Positions 1 to 9,733 of a stretch of DNA of 64,000 nucleotides are shown here, piece by piece (the stretch's first letter is position 1; each line of letters starts with the position of its first letter). The position numbers and the translations under genes are program-made. The DNA lies in assembly GCF_041677825.1 (NCBI RefSeq), contig NZ_JBAYPG010000007.1, positions 21,814-85,813 on the forward strand, written 5' to 3'. The stretch is from Castellaniella sp. GTDB lineage: Bacteria > Pseudomonadota > Gammaproteobacteria > Burkholderiales > Burkholderiaceae_B. The notes beneath the pieces were generated by a model. The model saw nothing but the letters and a program-made list of their open reading frames with translations, ran no database searches and was not told the origin of the DNA.

Positions 1-227
1 TCCGTCAGGTTGCACGGGCCCCCGGCATGCAGGTCGGGCTGCATGGCCAGGCCATCGGCCACCGAGAACGAGGCCCGCGTCATGATGGCATCGGCACGGT
101 AGTACTGGTAGAGTTCGACGATGCCGACGATGAAGAACACCATGATGGGCAGCACCAGGGCCGCCTCGATGGCTGCCACCCCCTGCTGGGCGCGCATGAA
201 GGCGCGCGCAGGCCAAGCGCGCCTCAT
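1..227 (-). CDS. TadE-like Flp pilus assembly protein, N-terminal part (gene continues past the window start)
   Basis: Reverse translation from the ATG at 227 gives MRRAWPARAFMRAQQGVAAIEAALVLPIMVFFIVGIVELYQYY..., a TadE-type hydrophobic N-terminus. Its start overlaps the stop of the upstream gene as ATGA. There is no stop inside the window, so the ORF track does not list it. Confidence 0.6.
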   Translation of the reverse strand, partial: MRRAWPARAFMRAQQGVAAIEAALVLPIMVFFIVGIVELYQYYRADAIMTRASFSVADGLAMQPDLHAGGPCNLT

Positions 228-748
228 GGCTCGTTCTGGATGATCACAGTCCGCTCGAACTGCAGGACATCCAGCCCCATCAATGAAATCAGGCCCGTCA
301 TGCCGGGGCGCTCGAAGCCGACGCGAAACACCACCATGTCACCCGCATTGCCCAGATCGCAGACGATCTTGTCCTTGTAATCCGGGTCATCCTTGCTCTT
401 GAAGCTGTTGTCTTCGCCCGGTTTGTAGAGTTTGGCATCGGCGTACAGGCCACGCCGGTCGCCCCAGATCGACAGCGTGTCTTCGAGTATGCCCATGACC
501 ATGTCGTGGCAGTCCTGCGTGCCGAACCCTTCATCGCGTTCCATGATCTTGCTCTCGCGGGCAATCCGGCTGGCCGCGCGGTCGAGCGTGGCATCGGCCA
601 CGAGCATGAAGGCCATCTCGAGGCTCAGGAAAATGACGATGAACACCAGCGGCGCCACAATGGCGAACTCGAGCGCCGCGGCCCCCTTCTGGCAGCGCCC
701 TGCCCGCCGGCAACGCGCCTTGAGTGTATGCACGTATCGGGTCTCCAT
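224..748 (-). CDS. TadE/TadF-like Flp pilus assembly protein
   Basis: ORF 224..925 trimmed to the Met at 748 (METRYVH...). It carries the TadE-type segment GAAALEFAIVAPLVFIVIF and lies directly downstream of the TPR tadD-like gene. Confidence 0.7.
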   Translation of the reverse strand: METRYVHTLKARCRRAGRCQKGAAALEFAIVAPLVFIVIFLSLEMAFMLVADATLDRAASRIARESKIMERDEGFGTQDCHDMVMGILEDTLSIWGDRRGLYADAKLYKPGEDNSFKSKDDPDYKDKIVCDLGNAGDMVVFRVGFERPGMTGLISLMGLDVLQFERTVIIQNEP

Positions 749-755
749 GGGCACG

Positions 756-1550
756 CTACTTGATATGTTCGCGCAGATAGCGATAGAAGGCCAGATTGTC
801 CTGCACCTGGCCGCGCGGCTGATAGGTGAGCAGGATGTTCTCTGCGGCATCTTCGCGCCCGAGCAGACCGTAGGCCAGCGCCAGGTTGTCGCGGCGCTGC
901 GGCAGGCCACTGGCCACCCCATCATAGCCCAGCAGCATGTTCACCGCCTCGCGCGGCTTGCCGCTGAGCGCCAGCGACAGCCCCAGGTTGGTGCGCAGGA
1001 CTTCATCCTGCTTGTGCACGGCCAGGCCCTTGCGATAGGTCTGCTGGGCCAGGTCATGCTGGCCGGTCAGGTCGTAGACCACCCCGAGCCCTGCAAGCGC
1101 TACCGGGTCATCCGGCGCCTGGGCCAGAATGCGCTGGTAACGGGCCCGGGCCTCGTCGAAGGCCCGCACGCGCACATCGACGCGCGCCAGCGCCAATTGC
1201 GCCTCGGGCAGATCGGGCGAGCGTTGCGCCGCGCGCTCGTAGGCCGTGCGCGCCGCTTCGTAATTGGCCTGAAGAAAATAGGTATTGCCCAGGCCCATCC
1301 ACACCGCGGTCTGGCCCGGGTGGGACTCGCTCAATTCGCGATACAGGGACTGCGCCACGTCCAGATCGCCGCTTTGCAGGGCGCTCGCGGCAATGCGCAG
1401 TTCACCTGCCGCCAGCGCGGCCTCGTCCATGGCCGGGCTGACGGGTCGCACTTCGGTATTCAGCGCGCTGCGCAGCGGCGCACAGGCGGCCAGCGCCAGC
1501 AGCAGGGCGCTGAGGAACAGCGGTCGGACGGGATGCAGGATCATGGACAT
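756..1550 (-). CDS. tadD: TPR-repeat lipoprotein, TadD-like
   Basis: 264-aa ORF with a signal peptide and lipobox (LLLALAAC). Ala/Leu/Tyr-rich TPR-like repeats run throughout. It sits between tadC and the tadE-like genes. Confidence 0.7.
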   Translation of the reverse strand: MSMILHPVRPLFLSALLLALAACAPLRSALNTEVRPVSPAMDEAALAAGELRIAASALQSGDLDVAQSLYRELSESHPGQTAVWMGLGNTYFLQANYEAARTAYERAAQRSPDLPEAQLALARVDVRVRAFDEARARYQRILAQAPDDPVALAGLGVVYDLTGQHDLAQQTYRKGLAVHKQDEVLRTNLGLSLALSGKPREAVNMLLGYDGVASGLPQRRDNLALAYGLLGREDAAENILLTYQPRGQVQDNLAFYRYLREHIK

Positions 1551-1569
1551 GCGCTCTGGCTGCCTTGCC

Positions 1570-2511
1570 TCATTGGGAGGCGAAAAACTTCATCAGGTTC
1601 AGGATGGCCGGACCCGCCCCCACGATGATGACCGTGGGCAGGATGAACAGCATCATCGGCACCGACATCTTGACCGACAGCTTGGCCGCTTTCTCTTCCA
1701 GGCGCATCATGCGCGCCGTGCGCTCTGAACGCGCCAGGATGCGCAACGCCTGGGTGATTGCCGTGCCATACTGGCGCGCCTGCAGGAACGTGCTCACCAG
1801 CGTGCGCATGCCCTCGATGTTGGTGCGGTTGGCCAGACCATTCAACACTCTTTCGACATCGCTGCTGAGCTTGAGTTCCGTGGCGGTGAGCTTGAGCTCG
1901 TCGGCCAGTTCGGGGGACACCTCGGTCATCTCGTCGGCCACGCGATCCAGGGCGGCATTCAGGGCCAGCCCGGCATTGGTGCAGATGACCATCAGGTCCA
2001 GTGCATCGGGCAAGGCCAGGCGGATCGCTTCCTGGCGCCGGCTGACGAGCCGATCGAGCACCAGGCGCGGCAACAGGCTGCCCAGGTAGGCGGCCACCAG
2101 CAGGGCCGCCAGCCAGGCGGCGGCACCGCGCTCGGCCAGCCAGGGCTCGGCCAGCCAGGCCGTCAGTGCCATGGTGCCCAGCACGCTGAGCACGATGGTG
2201 CCCATGAGCACGAACATCGCCTGGCTCGAGCGGTAGCCGGCGGCCATCAGCTTGGTGCTGGATTCGGCACGCTGCGTCGCGCTCAGCATGGGCAGCATGG
2301 TGCCCAGATGCAGCAGGAAACCCACGCTCCCGCTGCGTACCTGCGCCAGGCCACGGCGCTGATCGAGCGCCGCGCCGCGGCGCTCGATCTCGGCCACCGC
2401 CCGCTCACGCAGCCGCTGGCGCTGGTTGGAGCGGCCATACAGGTAAATTCCGGCACCCATGAGGATCAGCAGGATGAGCGAGGCGTTGAGCCAGATGGCC
2501 GTATCCGTCAT
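1570..2511 (-). CDS. tadC: Flp pilus assembly inner-membrane protein TadC (T2SS F family)
   Basis: 313-aa ORF with an N-terminal TM segment and the C-terminal GspF-like pattern (LSVKMSVPMMLFILPTVIIVGAGPAI). It lies immediately downstream of tadB. Confidence 0.85.
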   Translation of the reverse strand: MTDTAIWLNASLILLILMGAGIYLYGRSNQRQRLRERAVAEIERRGAALDQRRGLAQVRSGSVGFLLHLGTMLPMLSATQRAESSTKLMAAGYRSSQAMFVLMGTIVLSVLGTMALTAWLAEPWLAERGAAAWLAALLVAAYLGSLLPRLVLDRLVSRRQEAIRLALPDALDLMVICTNAGLALNAALDRVADEMTEVSPELADELKLTATELKLSSDVERVLNGLANRTNIEGMRTLVSTFLQARQYGTAITQALRILARSERTARMMRLEEKAAKLSVKMSVPMMLFILPTVIIVGAGPAILNLMKFFASQ

Positions 2512-2514
2512 GCC

Positions 2515-3498
2515 TCACACCCTCAGGTTGGCGATATGGCGGATGGACAGAATGCCCACCAGCAGCATGCCCCCCGCCACCCACAGCAGCTTGCGCCCGC
2601 CGTCGGTGATGAACAGCATCTCGATGTACTGCGGATTGCTGGCATAGAGCAGGCCGGCGATGACAAAGGGGATGGCCGACAGCATCTGCCCCGACAGCCG
2701 CCCTTCGGCAGTGAGCGCGCGGGCCTTGAGCTGCAGGTCGCGCCGCGCGCGAATGATGGCCGAGAGGTTTTCCAGCGCCTCGGCGATCGAGCCGCCCGAC
2801 TCGCGCTGCAGCAGCACGCACACCGAGAAGAACGTGAAGTCGGGCAGTTCGATGCGGCGCACCGCCTTGTCGAGCACGTCTTCGAGATCTTCGCCCAGCA
2901 GCAGGCTGTTGCCCATGCGCAGGAATTCGGCCCCCAATGGCGCTTCGAACTGCAAGCCCACGTTGTGGATGGATTGTGTGACCGGGATGCCGGCCTGGCT
3001 GGCGCGCACGATCATGCCCATGGCATCGGCCATCTGGTTGAGAAAGCGCCGGCTGAACCGGTTGATGAGCCAGCGGTACAGCCAGGCGCCCACCAGCAGC
3101 GGCACCACCAGCACGGCCAGCAGCGCCACCCAGAGCACCCGCGGCAGAATGCCCGTGGCCAGCAGCAGCAGCCCCAGCGCGACCAGCCCCAGCATCAACA
3201 GACCCAGAATGCGGACCCCCTTGCTGCCGGCCACGGTATCCAGGCGGTTCAGGTGGTAGCCCAGGCCGCCCATGGCCTCGCGGCGCTTGCGCCGGCGCGC
3301 TTCGATCTGCGCGCGCTGCAGATTCTGCAGCAGCCGCTCGCGGCTTTCACTGCCGCCGCGCCCGCTCACGCTGTGCAGGCGCTGGCGCAGCAGGTTGCTC
3401 GGGCGCTTGCGCCACATGTCCATGAACACCAGCACGCTCAGCCCCACCAAAATGACCGATACAAAGATGATCAGGGTGATGGCATCGATCCGGTTCAT
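2515..3498 (-). CDS. tadB: Flp pilus assembly inner-membrane protein TadB (T2SS F family)
   Basis: 327-aa ORF, paralogous in layout to tadC (TM segments plus a GspF-like domain). Its start overlaps the cpaF stop by 4 nt. Confidence 0.85.
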   Translation of the reverse strand: MNRIDAITLIIFVSVILVGLSVLVFMDMWRKRPSNLLRQRLHSVSGRGGSESRERLLQNLQRAQIEARRRKRREAMGGLGYHLNRLDTVAGSKGVRILGLLMLGLVALGLLLLATGILPRVLWVALLAVLVVPLLVGAWLYRWLINRFSRRFLNQMADAMGMIVRASQAGIPVTQSIHNVGLQFEAPLGAEFLRMGNSLLLGEDLEDVLDKAVRRIELPDFTFFSVCVLLQRESGGSIAEALENLSAIIRARRDLQLKARALTAEGRLSGQMLSAIPFVIAGLLYASNPQYIEMLFITDGGRKLLWVAGGMLLVGILSIRHIANLRV

Positions 3499-5042
3499 GG
3501 CCGCATCGCCTCCACCAGCGCGTTTTCCATGCCGAAATAGCGGGCCCGGTCGGCAAACAGCGGGCGCAGGCCCGTCGTGTCGTACGTGCCGCGCACTTCC
3601 TCGTCGAACGAGCTGGCATCGTAGGTGAAGTGGAACAGTTCCTGGGTGACGATGACCTCGCCTTCCATGCCGGCCAGTTCGACGATGCTGGTGACCTTGC
3701 GGCTGCCATCGCGCATGCGCTCGACCTGCACGATGAGATTGACCGCGCTGGCGATCTGGCGCCGGATGGTGAACAGCGGCAGATTGCCATTGGCCATCAT
3801 CACCATGCTTTCCAGGCGGGTGATCGCATCGCGCGGGCTGTTGGCGTGCAGCGTGGTCATCGAGCCGTCGTGCCCGGTGTTCATCGCCTGCAGCACGTCG
3901 AGGGCCTCGGGGCCGCGCGTCTCGCCCAGAATGATGCGGTCCGGGCGCATGCGCAGCGAGTTGCGCACCAGATCGCCCTGGGTGATCTGGCCCAGGCCCT
4001 CGAGGTTGCGCGGCCGGGTCTCGAGCCGCACCACGTGCGGCTGCTGCAGTTGCAGCTCGGCCGCATCCTCGATGGTGACGATGCGCTCATCGACCGAGAT
4101 ATGCCGCGACAAGGCATTGAGCAGGGTCGTCTTGCCCGACCCCGTGCCGCCCGAGACAATGATGTTCATGCGGCAGGAGGCGGCGATCTCGAGCACCCGG
4201 GACATGGCCGACGACAGGCTGCCGCGCGCCGCCAGGCGCTGCAGGGTCAGGTCCTTGCGCGAGAACTTGCGAATCGAGATCGAGGCGCCGTCGATGGCCA
4301 GCGGCGGCAGCACCACGTTGACCCGGCTGCCGTCGGGCAGGCGCGCATCCACCATGGGGCTGCTTTCGTCCACCCGCCGCCCAATGGTCGAGGCGATGCG
4401 CTGCGCCACATTGACCACGTGCGCGTTGTCGCGGAATTTCAGCGGCGTGAGTTCGAGCTTGCCGTAGCGCTCTACATAGACCTGATCCGGCCCATTGACC
4501 ATGATGTCGCTCACGCTCTCGTCCTGCAGCAGGGGCTCGATGGGCCCCACCCCGAACATGTCGTGCAGGATCTCCTGGCGCATCAGCCGCTGCTCGGACA
4601 GGGTCACCGGGAGATTTTCGCTGCGCACCGTCTCGTCGATGATGGCATCGACCTCGGTACGCATGGCCTCGGCCGATTGCGACAGCGCAGTGGATACGTC
4701 TATGGTGCCGAACACCGCCTGGCGGATGTGCCCGTAATGCTCGGAGCGCACCACCGATTCGTTGAACCGCAAAGGCGTGGATGAACCCAGCACATTCGAG
4801 CGCAACAGCGACGTGACCGGCTCGGAGGGTTCCTGGGCGGCATCTGTCTGGCTGGCCCGGCTGCGCTGCGCCAACGGTACGGCCTCGGCCGGATTGCCGC
4901 CCTCGTGCGCCGGCACCGGGCTGCCGGCGCTGTGGCCCGCCAGTTCGACGGATTCGCCCGGCACATGGTCCGCGACAGGCGCCGATGACCGGCCTTGCGG
5001 TTCGACCGGCGCGGGCTCGGGTTTTCGTCGGCCGAAATTCAT
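3495..5042 (-). CDS. cpaF: CpaF/TadA family secretion ATPase
   Basis: Walker A GGTGSGKTTLLNAL, a Walker B-like IILGETRG, and the TGHDGSMTTLHANS His-box typical of VirB11/CpaF ATPases. I chose the Met at 5042 (MNFGRRK) because it forms an ATGA overlap with the cpaE stop. The ORF track starts the ORF at 5072. Confidence 0.9.
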   Translation of the reverse strand: MNFGRRKPEPAPVEPQGRSSAPVADHVPGESVELAGHSAGSPVPAHEGGNPAEAVPLAQRSRASQTDAAQEPSEPVTSLLRSNVLGSSTPLRFNESVVRSEHYGHIRQAVFGTIDVSTALSQSAEAMRTEVDAIIDETVRSENLPVTLSEQRLMRQEILHDMFGVGPIEPLLQDESVSDIMVNGPDQVYVERYGKLELTPLKFRDNAHVVNVAQRIASTIGRRVDESSPMVDARLPDGSRVNVVLPPLAIDGASISIRKFSRKDLTLQRLAARGSLSSAMSRVLEIAASCRMNIIVSGGTGSGKTTLLNALSRHISVDERIVTIEDAAELQLQQPHVVRLETRPRNLEGLGQITQGDLVRNSLRMRPDRIILGETRGPEALDVLQAMNTGHDGSMTTLHANSPRDAITRLESMVMMANGNLPLFTIRRQIASAVNLIVQVERMRDGSRKVTSIVELAGMEGEVIVTQELFHFTYDASSFDEEVRGTYDTTGLRPLFADRARYFGMENALVEAMRP

Positions 5043-6238
5043 GCGCGCCCCCTGAACAGACGGCGCCACCACGACGAGCCGGACGCTTTCAGGGCTTCAC
5101 CCGTGACCAGTGCCGCCAGCGCCTGCACACCGCGGGCGAATTCGCTGCCCGAGGGCAATTCCTGGCCCAGGTTCTCGGCCAGCGCCGGCCCCTTGGCATC
5201 GTGGGCGATGCTCACGCGGATGGGGTGCGTGCTGACATCCTTGAAATCCGCATCCTGCACCTGGCTGCGGCCCGGGGCCCAGGGGTGGTTGAGCACCGGC
5301 AGTACGGTAGGCGGATTGGGGCGCGCTTCGATGTGCCGGGCCAGGCGCGCCAGCGTGCGCGCGGAATGCACCGAAGGATCGGCCAGCAGGCCCACCAGCG
5401 AGGCGCGCAAGAGCACCTCGTTGACCAGCGCACCCCGGCGGCTGGGGACATCGACCACCACATAATGAAAATACTGCGTCAGCGCTTCGAGCAGCCGGCG
5501 CAAGGCATCGGCCGAGGGCAGGAACTCGTCGGAATAGTCGAGCTCGGCGGCCAGCACGAACAGGTTGGGCCCGGCCTGCGCCAGGGTACGTTCGAGATAC
5601 TGATGATCGAGCCGGTCGATGTTGCCCAGGATGTCGAGCAGCGCGGTGCCGCCCGGGCACCCGAGAATACCGGCGCCGCAGCCATCGAACGGGTTCAGGT
5701 CCACGTACACCACGCGGCGGCGTACCCCGCCCTGCCCCAGGGCGCGCGCCAGATGGGCCGCCACGCTGGAGACGCCCACCCCGCCGCGCGTGCCCATGAT
5801 GGCCACGCAGCGGCCATGCCGGCTGCGCCGTACATTGGACTTCTCCTGGATCAGCAGGCGGCGGATCAGCTCGACCCCCAGGGGCTTGACCAGATAATCC
5901 TGCACGCCGCGCGCCAGCAGATTGCGATACAGCCCGACGTCGTTGCGCTCGCCCACCACGTAGACCAGCACCGACGGATCGCAGGCATCGGCCAGCCGGT
6001 CGAGGTCATCGAGGGCCCGCTCGGAGGTCGAGATATCCACCAGCAGCCGCTGGGGCGACTTGTTCTGCTTCTGCAGCCAGGCAATGGCCGCGTCGACCCC
6101 GCCCGGCGCCACCAGGGTATCGCTGACCGTGTCGGCATCCATGACCCGCTGCATTTCTTCCTGGCTGTGCCTGTCTTCCAGGAAGGCCACAAAAGCATAC
6201 AGGCGGTCGGTGTCTCTGACTTTGGCGGCGGTGGCCAT
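5039..6238 (-). CDS. cpaE: CpaE/TadZ: receiver-like N-domain plus MinD/ParA-type ATPase
   Basis: 399-aa ORF with a deviant Walker A (GTRGGVGVSSVAAHLA) and an N-terminal receiver-like fold pattern (LLVDIS...VYVVGERNDV...GVQDYLVKP). It has the conserved position upstream of cpaF. Confidence 0.8.
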   Translation of the reverse strand: MATAAKVRDTDRLYAFVAFLEDRHSQEEMQRVMDADTVSDTLVAPGGVDAAIAWLQKQNKSPQRLLVDISTSERALDDLDRLADACDPSVLVYVVGERNDVGLYRNLLARGVQDYLVKPLGVELIRRLLIQEKSNVRRSRHGRCVAIMGTRGGVGVSSVAAHLARALGQGGVRRRVVYVDLNPFDGCGAGILGCPGGTALLDILGNIDRLDHQYLERTLAQAGPNLFVLAAELDYSDEFLPSADALRRLLEALTQYFHYVVVDVPSRRGALVNEVLLRASLVGLLADPSVHSARTLARLARHIEARPNPPTVLPVLNHPWAPGRSQVQDADFKDVSTHPIRVSIAHDAKGPALAENLGQELPSGSEFARGVQALAALVTGEALKASGSSWWRRLFRGRA

Positions 6239-6250
6239 GGGGATTCTCTT

Positions 6251-6664
6251 TTATTGCCCGGACTTGGTGGTTCGGGTTTCCTTGAGCGGGGTGACCTGAT
6301 TCTCGCGATAGCGCGTGACCGCGGCCGCCGCGTTGTCGGCCTGCTGGCCCGCGTAGGGCGCCGGCTGCACGAGGTCGCGCGGGTTGGCCACGCTGTTGGC
6401 GAGATTGGTGTACGTGGCGCAGCCATAGGCGACCTGGGGCCGGCTGTCGTACAGGGAACGCGGCGCCTCGGGATACAGGGTGTTGCACTGCGGCGGCAGC
6501 GCCACCCAACGGCCGTCCTGCAACTGCACCTGGATGACGTTGGCATCCGGCACCAGGCTGTAGTCGCGCTGCGGAAAGGCGCAGGCGGCCAGCCCCAGCA
6601 CCAGGCCGGCACTTGCCAGGATACGCAGGCTGCGGACCTGCCCGCGACGGATCTGCTCGTTCAT
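6251..6664 (-). CDS. cpaD: CpaD-like pilus biogenesis lipoprotein
   Basis: 137-aa ORF with lipobox LGLAAC. It carries the CpaD-like motif YGCATYTNLANSVANPRDL and lies between cpaC and cpaE. Confidence 0.6.
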   Translation of the reverse strand: MNEQIRRGQVRSLRILASAGLVLGLAACAFPQRDYSLVPDANVIQVQLQDGRWVALPPQCNTLYPEAPRSLYDSRPQVAYGCATYTNLANSVANPRDLVQPAPYAGQQADNAAAAVTRYRENQVTPLKETRTTKSGQ

Positions 6665-6673
6665 GCCGCCCCC

Positions 6674-8029
6674 TCAGTACACAAAGCCTGCCGTGCCGCT
6701 CAGGCGCGGCACCGCCCCCTTCAGGGGATCATAGCCAATGCTCTGGCCCAGTATGTACTCGATGTCGTTGTTGGCCCGCATGCTGGCCACCGGCGAGGTC
6801 AGCTGATCCGGGCTGGTGGGCCGCACCAGATACGGCGTGACGATGACCACCAGCTCGCTCTTGTGATTGCGGTAGTCGGCCGAGGAAAACAGCGCGCCCA
6901 GCACCGGCAGGCTGCCCAGGCCCGGGATCCTGTCGAGCTGGTCGGTGATGTTGTTCTGCAACAGGCCGCCGATGGCGAAACTTTGCCCGCTGGCGACCTC
7001 GACCGTGGTTTCGACGCGCCGCACGCGGATGCCCGGGATCGACAGACCATCCATGACGATGCTGGCCGACGGGTCGAGCTCGCTGATCTCGGGGCGCACC
7101 TTCAGGCTGATGCGGTCATCGGCCAGCACCGTGGGCGTGAAATCGAGCGACACGCCAAAGGGCTTGAACTCGATGCTCATCGTGTCTTTGTCTTGCTTGA
7201 CCGGCACGGGGAATTCGCCGCCCGCCAGGAAACTGGCCGTCTGCCCCGAGACCGCCGTCAGGTTGGGTTCGGCCAGCACGGTGATCAGGTTCTCGCGATC
7301 CAGCATGTCGATCATGGCCTGGGCCGGCGCCCCGGTCTTGGAATAGCCGCCCAGCAGCGAATAGCCTTCGCTGGCGGCGATATAGCCGCCCGCGCCATCG
7401 TAGAAGGTGCGCCCGCCGATCAGGCCGGTGACGAACTGGCCCGGGGTGGCGACCACGTTCCAGTTGATGCCCAGCTTCTGCGTGATGGCCTTGGACATTT
7501 CGGTGACCCGCACGCGCAGGTACACCTGGGTCGGGCTGTCGATGCCGATGCGGTTGATGAGCTTGTCGTTTTCGCCCAGATACGGCTGGATCGTGCGCGC
7601 AATGGCCTCTACCGTTTCGGGGTTGGGGGCCGAGCCGGTGACCATGAGCGTGCCCGGTGCCGATTCGAGCCCCAGGCGCAGGGCCGGAAAGCGCTGGCGC
7701 AGGATCTGCTGCAGCTCGGCCAGGTTGTGGCGCACCACGATGGCCTCGTGGCGCAGCTGCCGGCCTTCGCCATCCAGGGCGTACAAGGTTGTGGTGCCCG
7801 CGCGCTTGCCCATGACCAGCACGGTCAGCTGCTCGCCCCGCTGCTCGGCAGGAATCTGCACGTCGGCAATGGTCGGGTCGGCCACGAACACCGTGCGCGC
7901 CCCCGGGATGCTGAGCATGTCGCCTGCGCCAATGGCCAGGGTCAGCGCCAGGGCGGCCCCGGGCAGGCCCATGGCCCCGAGCAGCAGGGCCAGCGCGGGA
8001 TAAAGCCGGATCGAACGCTTGTCATGCAT
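6674..8029 (-). CDS. cpaC: CpaC/RcpA outer-membrane secretin
   Basis: 451-aa ORF with a signal peptide. The C-terminal secretin-domain pattern is present (GGLLQN...IPGLGSLPVLGALFSS...ELVVIVTPYLV). Confidence 0.85.
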   Translation of the reverse strand: MHDKRSIRLYPALALLLGAMGLPGAALALTLAIGAGDMLSIPGARTVFVADPTIADVQIPAEQRGEQLTVLVMGKRAGTTTLYALDGEGRQLRHEAIVVRHNLAELQQILRQRFPALRLGLESAPGTLMVTGSAPNPETVEAIARTIQPYLGENDKLINRIGIDSPTQVYLRVRVTEMSKAITQKLGINWNVVATPGQFVTGLIGGRTFYDGAGGYIAASEGYSLLGGYSKTGAPAQAMIDMLDRENLITVLAEPNLTAVSGQTASFLAGGEFPVPVKQDKDTMSIEFKPFGVSLDFTPTVLADDRISLKVRPEISELDPSASIVMDGLSIPGIRVRRVETTVEVASGQSFAIGGLLQNNITDQLDRIPGLGSLPVLGALFSSADYRNHKSELVVIVTPYLVRPTSPDQLTSPVASMRANNDIEYILGQSIGYDPLKGAVPRLSGTAGFVY

Positions 8030-8960
8030 CGGGATTCAACTCCACGGTCTGGCTGTCCATCCCCCGTATGATAGTGGCTCGCGCAGGATTTTTGGGCGTT
8101 GCCTGGGCAGCGGGCTCGGCCGCCACCGGGGCCGGCGCCGCGGCTGCGGGCTCACCACGGGCGTTCTGCCGGGCGCGAGACACGTCACTGCCCCATATCG
8201 GCCCGCGCGCGTCATCGTGCTGGCCATCCCAGGCCGGCACCGAGGCTTCTTCGTCCTGCGCGGCCGCGTCGCGGTCGGCCTTGGCAAAGCTGCGCAAGGC
8301 CAGCGACAGGCTGCCCAGTTCGGAGGCCACCGTCACCGCTTCGGCAATGCGCGGGCGCACTTCGATGGTGATCGTGCGCGCCCGGCTGGGCTCGTTGCCC
8401 TCGGAACTGCGCTGGAAACTGGAGCCCACGGCAATCACGCGCACCTGCTCGACCACGGTTTCGCTGACCACCTGCTTCTCGCCGCGATCGAAATCACCGC
8501 GCCCGCCCAGGTGCTGGGTGAGAATCATGTCCACATAGTCACCGGGCTGGATCAGGCCGGCATTGCCCGAGACGTCATTGACCGGCACCGACACCGCCAG
8601 CATGCCGGGCTTGAGCGCCGCGGCCAGAAACCCCGGCGCATCCGGCCGGATGATGTCGGTGCTCTTCAACAGGCTGCCCGCTTCGAGCCTGTTGCGCAAC
8701 AGCGCACCCGCCACATCGGCCTGTGCAGTACCCTCGACCAGTGCGTTCTTGGGCACCTGCGACTTGGGCGTGGCCTGCCACGCCAGGTCGGCCTCGCGCA
8801 GCAACAGGCCCGCGGGCACGTCACCGGCCACCGCCAGCAGGCGCACCTCGGGATCAGCCACCTGTTTGGGGGCCTGGCTGTTGACATACAGAATGCGCGC
8901 GCCGATCGCCAGCACGGTGGCCGCCAGCAGGATCAGGACAAACTTGAGAACGGAGGACAT
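8022..8960 (-). CDS. cpaB: CpaB/RcpC Flp pilus assembly protein
   Basis: 312-aa ORF with an N-terminal TM anchor and a SAF/RcpC-like middle region, followed by an Ala/Pro-rich tail. It lies between cpaA and cpaC. Confidence 0.8.
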   Translation of the reverse strand: MSSVLKFVLILLAATVLAIGARILYVNSQAPKQVADPEVRLLAVAGDVPAGLLLREADLAWQATPKSQVPKNALVEGTAQADVAGALLRNRLEAGSLLKSTDIIRPDAPGFLAAALKPGMLAVSVPVNDVSGNAGLIQPGDYVDMILTQHLGGRGDFDRGEKQVVSETVVEQVRVIAVGSSFQRSSEGNEPSRARTITIEVRPRIAEAVTVASELGSLSLALRSFAKADRDAAAQDEEASVPAWDGQHDDARGPIWGSDVSRARQNARGEPAAAAPAPVAAEPAAQATPKNPARATIIRGMDSQTVELNPDA

Positions 8961-8975
8961 GGGTTCAGGCGATCC

Positions 8976-9467
8976 CTAGAGTGGAACGTGCCGCCAGAGC
9001 ACGAACAGGCCACCGACAGCCAGGGCCACCCCGTAGGGTACCCCCCTGCGAGCAGAAAGCGCGTTACTCATGCTGCGCCAGGGTCGATTCGTAAAGCGCT
9101 GCAGGCCTGGCCGGTCGACCAGCCAGCCCGCAATCGCCAGCAGCCCGCCCAGCCAGGCCACGATCACCGTGACCGGCAGGGCCAGCGCCGGCCCGGCCCA
9201 CAGGTATACCGCCGCGCCCAGCTTGACGTCGCCGCCGCCCATGGCGCCCAGCACGTACAGGATGAACAGCAGGACGAAGGCCAGAAGGCCCGTCAGCACA
9301 TGCCAGCCCACGACCGGCCAGCCGGTTTGTGGCGCCAGCAGGGCATGGACTGGATACAGCACGGCAAGAACCACGACCCAGCGATTCGGCAGGCGCCGGA
9401 ATCGCAGGTCAGTGGTGGTTAGGTAAGCCAAAATAACTGCTGAGGCCAGCAAAAAAAAGATGTGCAC
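8976..9467 (-). CDS. cpaA: A24-family prepilin peptidase CpaA/TadV
   Basis: 163-aa polytopic ORF with a GTG start. Catalytic Asp contexts are present (TTTDLRFRRLPN and GGGDVKLG). It lies directly downstream of flp. Confidence 0.8.
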   Translation of the reverse strand: MHIFFLLASAVILAYLTTTDLRFRRLPNRWVVVLAVLYPVHALLAPQTGWPVVGWHVLTGLLAFVLLFILYVLGAMGGGDVKLGAAVYLWAGPALALPVTVIVAWLGGLLAIAGWLVDRPGLQRFTNRPWRSMSNALSARRGVPYGVALAVGGLFVLWRHVPL

Positions 9468-9535
9468 ACTGGAATCAGCAATCTAGCGAGGGCAGAAGCT
9501 CCATTCAATAAAACTGAAAATAAATCCAATTATTA

Positions 9536-9733
9536 TTACGATACATTATTAAGTGCGCCTTGAGCCGTATTGAAAATATCCTTGATGCTGTTACCAAACA
9601 TACTCAAACCCGTAACCACTGCCACGATAATCACCGCAGCCAGAATGGCATATTCAATCGCTGACACGCCGCGCGCGTCGTCCTTGAGGTTTTGGGCAGC
9701 AACATAGACTTTGCGACACGCTGTGGTAAACAT
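9536..9733 (-). CDS. flp: Flp-family type IVb pilin
   Basis: ORF 9536..9757 trimmed to the Met at 9733. The Flp motif is present (G/VSAIEYAILAAVIIVAVV) in a short mature peptide. The surrounding region is AT-rich. Confidence 0.8.
   Translation of the reverse strand: MFTTACRKVYVAAQNLKDDARGVSAIEYAILAAVIIVAVVTGLSMFGNSIKDIFNTAQGALNNVS

Noticed and set aside
4985-8071. 1028-aa plus-strand ORF spanning the cpaE-cpaD-cpaC region
   Set aside because: It lies antisense to three genes with clear family motifs (MinD-like ATPase, CpaD lipoprotein, secretin). Its translation is an Arg/Gly/His/Ala-rich, low-information sequence typical of stop-poor antisense frames in high-GC DNA.
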